64,000 nt of DNA from an uncultured Candidatus Peribacteria bacterium (GCA_964424075.1 CAYRGY010000003.1:42985-106984); one strand, 5' to 3'. Shown: positions 47,301 to 56,547, counted from the first letter of the stretch. The notes: generated from the sequence alone by a model not told the origin. A program made the numbers and translations.

Positions 47301-48140
47301 ATGAGCTCCGACTTCATCAAAAAATTACAAACAAACAAGTCCCCAAAAACAATCCTATTTCCTGAATACACAGATCAGAGAATTAAAGCTGCCTTGAAAG
47401 TTTTACAAGACCAAGGAATTTGTCGGCCGGCAATAATTGCTTCAAAAAATCACTCGCAATTTCTGACTTTCACTAGAAATCCTCAAACAGATCTGCACAT
47501 GCAAGCAGCACTTTTACTCAAAGCAGGCAAAGTTGATGCTGTAATTTCTGGCTCTTGCTCAAAAACCGCGGACACTTTAAGACCGGCACTGCAATTGATT
47601 GGTACTAAAAAACCTAAACAAAGAGCCTCCGGCTGCATGATTATGACCTTCCAAAAAAAGACTCTTTTTTTTGCTGACTGTGTTCTAAACATACAACCGA
47701 CCCCATCTGAGTTAGCCAATATAGCCGCTGACACAGCAGATACTGCAAAAAAACTTAATATCAAACCGGTTATCGCCATGCTTTCTTTCTCCACTCATCA
47801 ATCAGCAAAGCACCCTGAAGTGGAAAAAATCAGAAAAGCTACCAAAATTCTGCAAAAAAAACGCCCCGACCTGATTGTAGACGGTGAAATACAAGTAGAT
47901 GCCGCCCTCGATCCCATTGTTGCTAAAAAGAAAGCAAGCCGGCTCAAAGGTAATGCTAATGTACTGATTTTCCCGGACTTAAATTCAGCCAATATCGGTT
48001 ATAAATTAGTGGAAAGACTGGGAGCATATACTGCCATCGGCTCAATCACTCAAGGTTTAAAAAAGCCCTATCACGATCTCTCCCGAGGTTGTTCGATTAA
48101 TGATATAATTAATTTAAGTATAATTACCTGTCAGCTTTAA
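47301..48140 (+). CDS. pta: phosphate acetyltransferase (short PTA_PTB-only form)
   Basis: 279-aa ORF. The C-terminal region (VLIFPDLNSANIGYKLVERLG...AIGSITQGLKKPYHDLSRGCS) is typical of Pta. It has a TAATG junction with ackA. Confidence 0.85.
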   Translation: MSSDFIKKLQTNKSPKTILFPEYTDQRIKAALKVLQDQGICRPAIIASKNHSQFLTFTRNPQTDLHMQAALLLKAGKVDAVISGSCSKTADTLRPALQLIGTKKPKQRASGCMIMTFQKKTLFFADCVLNIQPTPSELANIAADTADTAKKLNIKPVIAMLSFSTHQSAKHPEVEKIRKATKILQKKRPDLIVDGEIQVDAALDPIVAKKKASRLKGNANVLIFPDLNSANIGYKLVERLGAYTAIGSITQGLKKPYHDLSRGCSINDIINLSIITCQL

Positions 48141-49324
48141 TGTTTGTCCTAACTGTAAATTGCGGCTCATCTTCTGTAAAACTCCAATTGTTTGAACAAC
48201 GAAAACAAGAGTTGCAACCGGTTTTCAAATGTCTGGTCGAAGCTATTGGCCTAAAAAATGCTTTGATAATTACAACAATCAATGATCGACATCAAAAGCA
48301 TCATTTAGCCACTAAAACTCATGCACAAGGTTTGTCACACGCGCTTAAACTAGCTCTTCAAGCCGGTGCCATCAAAGATCTATCTCAAATAAGAATTGTC
48401 GGTCATCGTGTTGTACATGGTGGCACTTTTTATCAACAGGCAACTAAAATCGATCAAAGAGTTATCGAAAAAATTAAACAGACTACTGAGTTTGCGCCTT
48501 TGCACAATCCTGCCAATCTACAGGGAATTAATAGTTGTCTCAAGCTACTCCCGCAAGCCAAACAAATCGCGGTATTTGACACAGCTTTTCATCAAACCAT
48601 GCCGGAAAAAGCTTATCTTTATGGCCTTCCCGAGCAGATAACCAAAAAATACAATATAAGGCGCTATGGATTTCATGGAACAAGTCACAAATATGTCAGC
48701 CAACAAGCGACCAAATATTTGAAACAGCAAGAAGCTTCCGCCTCCAAAATGATCACTTGCCATCTTGGTAATGGTGTCTCAATCACCGCTGTTAAAAATG
48801 GTAAGTCTGTAGATACCAGCATGGGCTTCACACCATTGGAAGGAGTCATCATGGGCACTCGTAGCGGAAATATTGATCCATCAATCCCCCTTTATCTGCA
48901 GAAAAAATTACGTAAAACTCCTGATCAAATTAATGATATTCTCAATAAACAATCCGGTTTGCTGGGAATGACAAAAATCAGTTCCGATTGGCGCCCTATT
49001 CAAAAATCAGCTTTCAAAAAAAATGAAAATGCCTTGCGGGTTGTTGAAGTTTATTGCTATCGAATAGCACAGACCATTGCTGCCTACACAGCCAGCCTTA
49101 ATGGACTGGATGCATTAGTTTTCACTGCCGGGATTGGTCAACACTCTTATTTTGCCCGACAAGAAATCTGCAAAAATTTGGAACACTTAAACATAAAACT
49201 GGACCGCAAAAAAAATATTGATAATGAATATACAATTCACAGCAAATCAAGCAAAGTTAAAGTATTAGTTATTCCAACTGACGAAGAACTTGCTATTGCT
49301 CAAGAAGCACTTAAACACAAATAA
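48140..49324 (+). CDS. ackA: acetate kinase
   Basis: 394-aa ORF with VNCGSSSVK, GHRVVHGG, FHGTSH and the C-terminal IPTDEELAIA. Confidence 0.95.
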   Translation: MFVLTVNCGSSSVKLQLFEQRKQELQPVFKCLVEAIGLKNALIITTINDRHQKHHLATKTHAQGLSHALKLALQAGAIKDLSQIRIVGHRVVHGGTFYQQATKIDQRVIEKIKQTTEFAPLHNPANLQGINSCLKLLPQAKQIAVFDTAFHQTMPEKAYLYGLPEQITKKYNIRRYGFHGTSHKYVSQQATKYLKQQEASASKMITCHLGNGVSITAVKNGKSVDTSMGFTPLEGVIMGTRSGNIDPSIPLYLQKKLRKTPDQINDILNKQSGLLGMTKISSDWRPIQKSAFKKNENALRVVEVYCYRIAQTIAAYTASLNGLDALVFTAGIGQHSYFARQEICKNLEHLNIKLDRKKNIDNEYTIHSKSSKVKVLVIPTDEELAIAQEALKHK

Positions 49325-50760
49325 TGCAAAGCCATCATAATACAAGCATTTATAAAACGGCCGTAGATTTATACAAACAGATAAATCGAATTTGCCATCA
49401 CAAAATTAATTTACCTCTCTTTTTCCAGCTTGAATCAGAAGCCATTAATTTAACTACAGATATTGCCTTAAGCATTGATCAGGATTCTAAAAAAGAGCAG
49501 GATACAAAACTCCAAAAAAGTCTTGCTCATTTTAATCGTATCTCCCAGCTTATTCAATTAGCTCTGGAACAAAAGCAAATATCCCAACATGACAGCGAAA
49601 AAATTGCCGCTTCAATTACTGTGTTTAGAAATCAGGTAGATTATTTTATTAATCACCGACCAACAATATTAATACTCAGTTCTATTTTTGGACAAGGTCA
49701 CATGAGCGCGGCCAAAGCAATTAAAGAAGGTTTTGAAAATTTATATGGCAAAAACTACAACGTTGTCATCATAGATTTTGTTGAAGAAATTGGTACATTC
49801 CTTAATAAAACCACACTTTCTGCCTACGAAAATTCCACCAAATACGCCCCACAGTTTTATAAAGCCTTTTTCGATTCCACTGACAGCCAGTGGCAAGTAA
49901 AGCTTTTTAATATCCTCAACTATCCGCTCAGCGCCAAAAAACTCGAAAAGCTTTTTCAATCTTATAATCCGACACTGACAATTTCCACTTTTCCGGTTTG
50001 GGATTATTTAGCCTCCATGGTGCTTAAAACATGTGATAATCAAAAATTCATTTCTATCGTTACTGATTCGATATCCATTCACAGCGTTTGGATGACAGGT
50101 AATCCGGATTATCACATTGTCGCCAACCAAGAAACAGCGGAATCTCTATACAAATTGGGTGCTCGAACTGAAAAAGTTCAAGTGCTTGGTTTCCCGGTTA
50201 AACTAAGTTTTGCTGAAAAACCTAAGCGTCAGGAAATTCTTAAATCGCTAAATTTAGATCCCAAGAAATTTACCGTGCTCTATTTGCCTGCGAGTAAACC
50301 TTTGTCGACTTCAAGAAGAATTAAAGAAATCCAAAAAATGCACCCTGACATCAATCTGATTGTCGTCTGCGGACGGAATAAAGAGCTTTTGCCTAAACTG
50401 CGAAAATTCAAAAACGAAAAGAATATCTGCATTCTGGGCTGGACCAATCAATTGCCTGAAATCATGAAAAGTTCCGATGTGGTAGTCACCAAAGCCGGCG
50501 GCGCCACTGTAATGGAGTGTATAGCAGCTAAAAAACCTATGGTAATAACTCAGGTAATACCTGGGCAAGAACTGGGAAATGCCGAATTAATTGAAATTCA
50601 CAAATTGGGAATAATCAAAAAAAGAGCACGCAAATCTATTGCCGAATGCATCGAAATCATCAAAAAACATCAGCATTCCTATCAAAGACATCTCAAGAGA
50701 ATTTCCAAACCGCAAGCAGCACTAGCCATCGCCAAATTTATTCAATCGCAGATCGACTAA
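49324..50760 (+). CDS. GT28 lipid glycosyltransferase (MGDG synthase/UgtP-like) with a ~110-aa N-terminal four-helix-bundle-like extension
   Basis: 478-aa ORF. The GT core starts at about residue 115 (ILILSSIFGQGHMSAAKAIKEGF) and includes ...TKAGGATVMECIAAKKPMVI. No start codon lies near the core boundary. It has a TAATG junction with ackA. Confidence 0.8.
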   Translation: MQSHHNTSIYKTAVDLYKQINRICHHKINLPLFFQLESEAINLTTDIALSIDQDSKKEQDTKLQKSLAHFNRISQLIQLALEQKQISQHDSEKIAASITVFRNQVDYFINHRPTILILSSIFGQGHMSAAKAIKEGFENLYGKNYNVVIIDFVEEIGTFLNKTTLSAYENSTKYAPQFYKAFFDSTDSQWQVKLFNILNYPLSAKKLEKLFQSYNPTLTISTFPVWDYLASMVLKTCDNQKFISIVTDSISIHSVWMTGNPDYHIVANQETAESLYKLGARTEKVQVLGFPVKLSFAEKPKRQEILKSLNLDPKKFTVLYLPASKPLSTSRRIKEIQKMHPDINLIVVCGRNKELLPKLRKFKNEKNICILGWTNQLPEIMKSSDVVVTKAGGATVMECIAAKKPMVITQVIPGQELGNAELIEIHKLGIIKKRARKSIAECIEIIKKHQHSYQRHLKRISKPQAALAIAKFIQSQID

Positions 50761-52766
50761 AGCATCGTACGATGAATGGCATTGTTGGTTAACAAGTACA
50801 ATGTATTGGTATCCACATCAACCACCAAGTCTTTTAGATTTTGCAGTTCATCAAAGATATACTGACCAGTATAAACCGCTCCTCCAGTTCGATCATCTTT
50901 CAAGTAAATCAGTACTCGATTTTCATTCGGCTCCAAAACATAAATCTGATCCATCTCAGGCTCTGTATAAATCTTAGTAGGCTTCACAACTTCCTTAACA
51001 GGCTGATTCTTGATTGGGAAATCCTCTTTGTTGCCTCTAAACAATCTGGTGATATATCCGTCATCATGAAGAATGTATATATTTCCATCAATCGCTAAAT
51101 CAATAGCATTGCTTAGATCAGCTCCTACAGCATAAGCTTCAGCAGCATCGAATCTGTCTCTGGTACGGGTATACCTCCACAACTGATTCCCTTCAGGATC
51201 CAACAAATAAATCTTATTGCTATAAGCGTTAATTGCTACACCATCTTTAAATGTTTCGTCAGAAGTAGATAAGAAATTCATTCGATCATCAGCATATTCG
51301 ATAACTTTGTCCGAATCGGTAAAAAACAGAATAGAATCCCGATCATCATAATTAATTCCGACAATTACTTGCTCATTATCATCAATGGTCAGTGGATCAG
51401 ATACTTTGTCACCTACAACCGGATACAGAGCATTATATTCATATGCAAATAACTCATCATTCAATCTTAACATACCCAAAGCATCAACATTATCTCTTTT
51501 GTCAGCCAAATTAGCGATCATTTGAGTTTCAGGTCTGATTACACCATCCAAACTATCCCGAGTCTCCATAATTTTATCTAATAGAATACCAGCTTTCTCA
51601 TTGTGATAATCTGTATTATAAACTTCAATCGCCAAAGATTCGGCGTTAATTAAAATTTCGCCAGCTCTTTCCTTATCAAATTGACCTGTAGTTATAGCTG
51701 AATCAATTTGTTGTTGAACTTCAATCAATTGATTAGATAAATCAACTACTTTTTGATCTTGCTGCTCTTTAGCACGCAACCACCAAACTCCTGCTGTCAG
51801 AATTATTATCAATGCAATAATCGCCAATAAAATCTTCTCTTTACCTAAATTCATTAAATTAAACCCACCCTCACTTCCTGTTTCAAATCTTTGCATAGAC
51901 TTTCGGGAAGACAAATCTGTAACGGATTTTTTAATTCTCTGATAATACTCATTCGCCTTAGCTTTAATTTGCTTACCAGTTAAGCTCGGGTTCAATTTCC
52001 CGGGAATTGCCCTTTGATCTTGTAAATCCTGTTCAGATACATCTTTATATGACTCTTCTTTTTCATGATAAGTGACTACTCCTGCTGAAGCAGTGTCTTG
52101 TAACCCCTGCTTACCGGCAGATGAATGAATACCTACTAGCCCGATCTTATTCAGAACTTCAGCTTGTAATTCGGTTTTTAGTGAACTCATGGTTTCATCC
52201 AATCTTCCTGATATCAACTTAATCAAATCAGTCTTAGCTATATATCTTAATAGTCTAGTTGTACTAAACAATAGGAAATCATTATTCTCAATTGCACCGG
52301 AAGCAATATTAGTAAACACCTCTCGATCATTACCTTCATCAAGTCCTTCACTAATTGTAGTTAAAAATCGCTTGCGAATCAGATAGGCTTCAGCTTCTCC
52401 TGTTTGAGTTAAATAAACAGTATCATTGACCACTGCAGCTAATATTACATTTAATTGACCCAAAAATTCATTATCACGCTCGCCCTTATAAACACTTAAC
52501 GCCTTATTAACTTCTTTTAACGCCTCCTCAAATCTTTCATAAGGATCAATATCCAAATCAGCAAAGAAAACCCTACGCATATTATCAAAAATGATTTCTC
52601 CTACCTTTTCAGCATCGAAAGCATTTTGTTCAATATTTAAATTAACAAAAATTTTGCCACTATTTTCCCCTCCCTCACCTAAGTCGTATGCATAATTCTC
52701 AACAAAACCTCCTTCGTCTCTGCCGATAAACAGGAATTCATATTGAGTACGTAAATTTTTAGACAT
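50757..52766 (-). CDS. hypothetical membrane protein: degenerate PP2C-like N-domain, one TM, C-terminal beta-propeller-like repeats
   Basis: 669-aa ORF. The N-terminal region has a PP2C-like strand pattern (LNVILAAVVNDTVYLTQTGEAEAYLIR...DFLLFSTTRL) but lacks the metal-binding Asp motifs. The TM is ILLAIIALIIILTAGVWWL. The C-terminal region carries 5 repeats of the type KIYLLDPEGNQLWRY, NIYILHDDGYITRLF and QIYVLEPNENRVLIY. Confidence 0.6.
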   Translation of the reverse strand: MSKNLRTQYEFLFIGRDEGGFVENYAYDLGEGGENSGKIFVNLNIEQNAFDAEKVGEIIFDNMRRVFFADLDIDPYERFEEALKEVNKALSVYKGERDNEFLGQLNVILAAVVNDTVYLTQTGEAEAYLIRKRFLTTISEGLDEGNDREVFTNIASGAIENNDFLLFSTTRLLRYIAKTDLIKLISGRLDETMSSLKTELQAEVLNKIGLVGIHSSAGKQGLQDTASAGVVTYHEKEESYKDVSEQDLQDQRAIPGKLNPSLTGKQIKAKANEYYQRIKKSVTDLSSRKSMQRFETGSEGGFNLMNLGKEKILLAIIALIIILTAGVWWLRAKEQQDQKVVDLSNQLIEVQQQIDSAITTGQFDKERAGEILINAESLAIEVYNTDYHNEKAGILLDKIMETRDSLDGVIRPETQMIANLADKRDNVDALGMLRLNDELFAYEYNALYPVVGDKVSDPLTIDDNEQVIVGINYDDRDSILFFTDSDKVIEYADDRMNFLSTSDETFKDGVAINAYSNKIYLLDPEGNQLWRYTRTRDRFDAAEAYAVGADLSNAIDLAIDGNIYILHDDGYITRLFRGNKEDFPIKNQPVKEVVKPTKIYTEPEMDQIYVLEPNENRVLIYLKDDRTGGAVYTGQYIFDELQNLKDLVVDVDTNTLYLLTNNAIHRTML

Positions 52767-52853
52767 ATTTTTTGTTTTTTAGCTTTTTTATCAACGAAAA
52801 TCTCACTCAGACTACCTGAAAAAATCTGAAAGTTCAAGTGACTAAAGATAAAG

Positions 52854-52882
52854 TTGACAGTATAGCAACTTAAAGCTATCTT
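52854..52882 (+). promoter_or_regulatory. sigma70-type promoter for the rpmH-rnpA-yidC-jag operon
   Basis: TTGACA, an exact 17-nt spacer, then TATCTT, 29 nt upstream of the rpmH ATG. Confidence 0.5.
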
Positions 52883-52910
52883 CATCGCGCAATTATCTTA
52901 AGAACCAACG

Positions 52911-53051
52911 ATGCAAGGCAAACAAAAAAGACGACAACACTTGAAAGAACATGGTTTCAGATCAAGATCCAAGACTAATGGAGGTAAAAAAGTGCTGGCT
53001 GCTCGTCGCAATAAAGGGAGAAAACAACTTACTGTCAGCGATAAGTTTTAG
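52911..53051 (+). CDS. rpmH: 50S ribosomal protein L34
   Basis: 46-aa ORF below the track cutoff: [46 protein letters not shown]. It matches the L34 pattern (HGFR.R....G.KVL..RR.KGRK.LTV), and rnpA follows immediately. Confidence 0.9.
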   Translation: MQGKQKRRQHLKEHGFRSRSKTNGGKKVLAARRNKGRKQLTVSDKF

Positions 53052-53053
53052 TA

Positions 53054-53389
53054 ATGCTACCAAAATCCAGGCGCCTAGTAAAAAACAGGGTGTTACACAT
53101 ACTCAAGAAAGGCTCTAAATTCTCTAATGAATTTTTAACTGTTAGGTACCTGCTAAGCAATCTTAACTTTAATCGTTATAGTGTTATAATCAGTAAGAAA
53201 GTTTTGCCCCAGGCAACTGATCGCAATAGAATTCGCAGACAGGTTTATAATGCTTGCAACGACCAAAACAGCATCCCACAAAAACACTTGGATTTAGTTC
53301 TTACCGTTAAGCCTCACCTCTGTGCACTCCCCCATGCTGAGCTTAAACAGCTACTAGTTACAACCATAGCTTCAATCAATGCAAAATAA
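53054..53389 (+). CDS. rnpA: ribonuclease P protein component
   Basis: 111-aa basic ORF starting MLPKSRRL. It has the canonical position between rpmH and yidC and the RNR-type motif (DRNRIRRQV). Confidence 0.85.
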   Translation: MLPKSRRLVKNRVLHILKKGSKFSNEFLTVRYLLSNLNFNRYSVIISKKVLPQATDRNRIRRQVYNACNDQNSIPQKHLDLVLTVKPHLCALPHAELKQLLVTTIASINAK

Positions 53390-54686
53390 AACACTACAAA
53401 ATATCATCAGAAATGTACTTACATTCCTTATCATTTTTCTGGTGGTCAATTTCATTTACAACTCCTTTTTCAGCAATGATGATCAACCGGAACCGCGCTT
53501 CGGAATTTTAATCAATACAACTGCCAAAAATTTTGCCCTTCATGACATTGTTGAAGTGGAAATCCAGAATAATACTGCTAATGATTTGACTATTGCTGAC
53601 ACTTGCCCGGAACAACCTCTCCCGGTTCAGTTTTTCAATAATGGAGTTTGGGAAGATCGTACAACTTCATCCAAAATCGATTGTACCGAAAGCTCTGACA
53701 TTGTAATTAAACCTACCGAAACCAGAATTATCAGTTTCGATCAATGGAATGATGAATTATTCAATGAACTGGGATCATATAAAATTCTACTTCGAGCTGA
53801 AGATCAAACTCTGGAAACCAATCAATTTGAAATTAAGCCCCAATCCACTTTTCTTTGGTTATGGACAGTTGCTCTTTATCAACCTATTTATAATGCCTTA
53901 ATTTTTGCCGCCAGTTCCCTACCGGGATATGACTTCGGTTTTGCAATTATCTTGTTGACTATCCTTATCAGAACCTTGCTGCTAATACCCAATCAGAAAG
54001 CGCTAAAATCCCAGAAGAAAATGCAGGAAATTCAGCCCAAGATTGCTGAATTAAAAGAAAAGCACGGAGACAACAAAGAAAAAATTGCCATGGAAACCAT
54101 GGCTATCTATAAAGAACATAAAGTCAATCCTTTCGGTAGCTGCCTGCCTCTAATTATCCAATTACCGATCTTAATTGCTCTTTTCCAAGTTATTCAGTCC
54201 GGACTAAGCACGCACAATCAATATTTACTCTATGGCAACTTGAGCGAATTTGATATTAGCCTGATCAACACTAATTTCCTGGGTATTCTGGAACTGACTG
54301 AAATCAACTTCATCGTCTTGCCGATTGTTGTAGGTCTATTGCAATTCGGTCAAATGAAACTGGCTATGTCACGCAGCAAAAAGAATCAAGATCCTAAGAA
54401 GAAAGCAGGTTCAGAAATGGAAATCGCTAGCCGTATGATGACTACTGTTATGCCAATTATGATTGCCATCTTCACTGCCTCAGTACCTGCAGGTGTCGGT
54501 TTATATTGGGCTTTTTCAACCATATACGGTATTGGACAACAATTAGTCATTAATAAACAAGTTGACAAGGATTTTACAAAGATTAAAGTAGTAGACACTT
54601 CCAAACGTTCCAAGAACAAACAAAAAAAGCAAGAATACTTACAGAAAAATAAAGAAAAAAAGCAAGATGTCGCAGAAGATAAATAG
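53379..54686 (+). CDS. yidC: membrane protein insertase YidC with a periplasmic N-domain and a Lys-rich tail
   Basis: 435-aa ORF. The conserved core includes ILLTILIRTLLLIPNQKALKSQKKMQEIQP...GSCLPLIIQLPILIALF. The C-terminus is basic. Confidence 0.9.
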   Translation: MQNKTLQNIIRNVLTFLIIFLVVNFIYNSFFSNDDQPEPRFGILINTTAKNFALHDIVEVEIQNNTANDLTIADTCPEQPLPVQFFNNGVWEDRTTSSKIDCTESSDIVIKPTETRIISFDQWNDELFNELGSYKILLRAEDQTLETNQFEIKPQSTFLWLWTVALYQPIYNALIFAASSLPGYDFGFAIILLTILIRTLLLIPNQKALKSQKKMQEIQPKIAELKEKHGDNKEKIAMETMAIYKEHKVNPFGSCLPLIIQLPILIALFQVIQSGLSTHNQYLLYGNLSEFDISLINTNFLGILELTEINFIVLPIVVGLLQFGQMKLAMSRSKKNQDPKKKAGSEMEIASRMMTTVMPIMIAIFTASVPAGVGLYWAFSTIYGIGQQLVINKQVDKDFTKIKVVDTSKRSKNKQKKQEYLQKNKEKKQDVAEDK

Positions 54687-54724
54687 CATTCTGCAAACTA
54701 TGTGCTTAACACTAATTAATTTCA

Positions 54725-55186
54725 ATGGAAAACCAGATTCAAGAACTACTTCATGAGATTTTGACTAAACTTCAATGTTCTTTTAATAAGATCAGAGTTG
54801 AAAACAAGAATGACACGTGCCGCATTAATATAGAAACCAACGAGCCCAACTTGATGATCGGACATCACGGTGAAAATATTAATGCTTTACAACATTTGTT
54901 AAAACTAATCCTTTGGAAAAGGTATCCTGAACAGGAAACCGATATCAATCTAGATATTGATAATTATAAAAAACGCCAAGAAGATAATGTCATTAAAATT
55001 GCTGAAAAGAAGGTGGATTTAGTTCGCAAACTTTCATCACCGCAAGATCTGCCAGCCATGTCCCCTTATTTCCGTCGCATCGTACATACTCATCTGGCCA
55101 CTGAAAATTATGGTGACATTCGTACAGAAAGCTATGGAGAAGGAGAACAACGATATATAGTGATTAAACCTCAACTAATTATCTAA
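54725..55186 (+). CDS. jag: Jag/KhpB-like RNA-binding protein (KH plus R3H domains)
   Basis: 153-aa ORF with a KH-like region (MIGHHGENINALQHLLKLIL) and R3H (SPYFRRIVHTHL). It sits downstream of yidC as usual. Confidence 0.85.
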   Translation: MENQIQELLHEILTKLQCSFNKIRVENKNDTCRINIETNEPNLMIGHHGENINALQHLLKLILWKRYPEQETDINLDIDNYKKRQEDNVIKIAEKKVDLVRKLSSPQDLPAMSPYFRRIVHTHLATENYGDIRTESYGEGEQRYIVIKPQLII

Positions 55187-55187
55187 A

Positions 55188-56228
55188 ATGCTGCCATCAG
55201 GCAAAATAATGCTCTTTTCACTACTGGGATTAATCCCCTTAACTACCTTTGCTCAGTCTGAAATCACTAGTGATGGTATTCCACTCGATCAGGAAATTAT
55301 CCAAGAAGACCAAATAACAACTGAAGTTATCGAAGCGGTCCCGGACATTTTCCCCGATATTATTGAAGGCAGTGATTACTATGTAGCTGTCGGCTACCTC
55401 AAAGCTGAAGGTCTGGTGGAGGGTTATCCGGACGGTCTTTTCCGAGCAGATCAAGCCATCAACAGAGCAGAAGCCTTAAAAGTACTGAATCTCGCTATCC
55501 CTTTCGATTCATTAAATCCCGTCGAAAAACCGCTAAGCTCCCAAATCGCCGAATCTGACTTCTCAGATTTTAATTGCGATTTCCCTGACATTCACAATAC
55601 TGACTGGTTTTTCCCCTATGTTTGCGACGCTTATGATAACGGAATAGTTGAAGGCTACCCTGATGGAACATTTAAACCTGGTCAAACCATCAATTTAGTT
55701 GAAGCCTTGAAAATTGTAATTATTCACAGTGGAATCAATTTGCCTGAATCCACAGAAAATTTTGGCAATGTAAACTCTAATGATTGGTTTGCGCCTTACA
55801 CAGCATTTGCCAAATCCACAACTATTATTCCTACCAACAAAAGTAATCAAATAGATGCTGCATCTAAGCTAACTCGAGGTGATTTTTCCTTGCTAATCTA
55901 CCGCTTTATACAAAATCGGGCCTACCAAAACACTTATGGAATTGCTTCTTATTATGGACCGGGATTTAATGGACGCGGAACTGCTTCAGGAGATGTATTC
56001 AATTCCACTTTAATGACTGCAGCTCACCGAACCCTTCCTTTCGGAACAATTGTCGAAGTAACCAATTTACGCAATGGCAAAAGCATTCAAGTAAAAATTA
56101 ATGATCGAGGTCCTTATGTCGAAAGCCATATAATCGATTTATCCACTGCTGCATTTGAAGAAATTGCCAGATTAAGCTCCGGTTTGGCTCCTGTGGAAAT
56201 ACAAGTAATTAGTGACAATGGTATCTGA
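55188..56228 (+). CDS. SLH-domain protein fused to an RlpA-like double-psi beta-barrel (lytic transglycosylase-like) domain
   Basis: 346-aa ORF with a signal peptide and three SLH-like repeats (for example DYYVAVGYLKAEGLVEGYPDGLFRADQAINRAEALKVL). The C-terminal region GIASYYGPGFNGRGTASGDVF...LPFGTIVEVTNLRNGKSIQVKINDRGPY is typical of RlpA. Confidence 0.8.
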   Translation: MLPSGKIMLFSLLGLIPLTTFAQSEITSDGIPLDQEIIQEDQITTEVIEAVPDIFPDIIEGSDYYVAVGYLKAEGLVEGYPDGLFRADQAINRAEALKVLNLAIPFDSLNPVEKPLSSQIAESDFSDFNCDFPDIHNTDWFFPYVCDAYDNGIVEGYPDGTFKPGQTINLVEALKIVIIHSGINLPESTENFGNVNSNDWFAPYTAFAKSTTIIPTNKSNQIDAASKLTRGDFSLLIYRFIQNRAYQNTYGIASYYGPGFNGRGTASGDVFNSTLMTAAHRTLPFGTIVEVTNLRNGKSIQVKINDRGPYVESHIIDLSTAAFEEIARLSSGLAPVEIQVISDNGI

Positions 56229-56547
56229 AGAAATCATCAAAAGAAGAGGTAAAACCATCCCCAATAAAAAACCTCTCTCCGTTGAGGTTCGTAAAAGCAT
56301 TTACATGCTAATATTCACTTTGCTCACTATCATCATTTTGGTCAGTATCGTATATTTGTTAAATAGCAGCCAGCATAGCCAACTTGGGCACGCTTTGATT
56401 CAGGAAAAAATAATCAAGGATAATCTCAACGAAGAAGAACAAGACCTAGTAGAAAAAACTATCCGCTCCCAAGCTTATTCCAAAATTCAAGAAATAGCCG
56501 AGAATAAAAACATGATCAAACCGGAAGAAGTTATGTATGTTGATTGA
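56212..56547 (+). CDS. hypothetical bitopic membrane protein (FtsL/FtsB-like topology)
   Basis: 111-aa ORF with a basic N-terminus, one TM (IYMLIFTLLTIIILVSIVYLL) and a helical, acidic ectodomain. It overlaps the upstream gene by 17 nt. The family assignment is only topological. Confidence 0.45.
   Translation: MTMVSEEIIKRRGKTIPNKKPLSVEVRKSIYMLIFTLLTIIILVSIVYLLNSSQHSQLGHALIQEKIIKDNLNEEEQDLVEKTIRSQAYSKIQEIAENKNMIKPEEVMYVD

Noticed and set aside
52767-52910. Replication origin next to rpmH.
   Set aside because: No dnaA gene flanks rpmH here, and the 144-bp intergenic region shows no cluster of TTATCCACA-like boxes (a single weak TTATCAACG). It is too short and is already occupied by a promoter.
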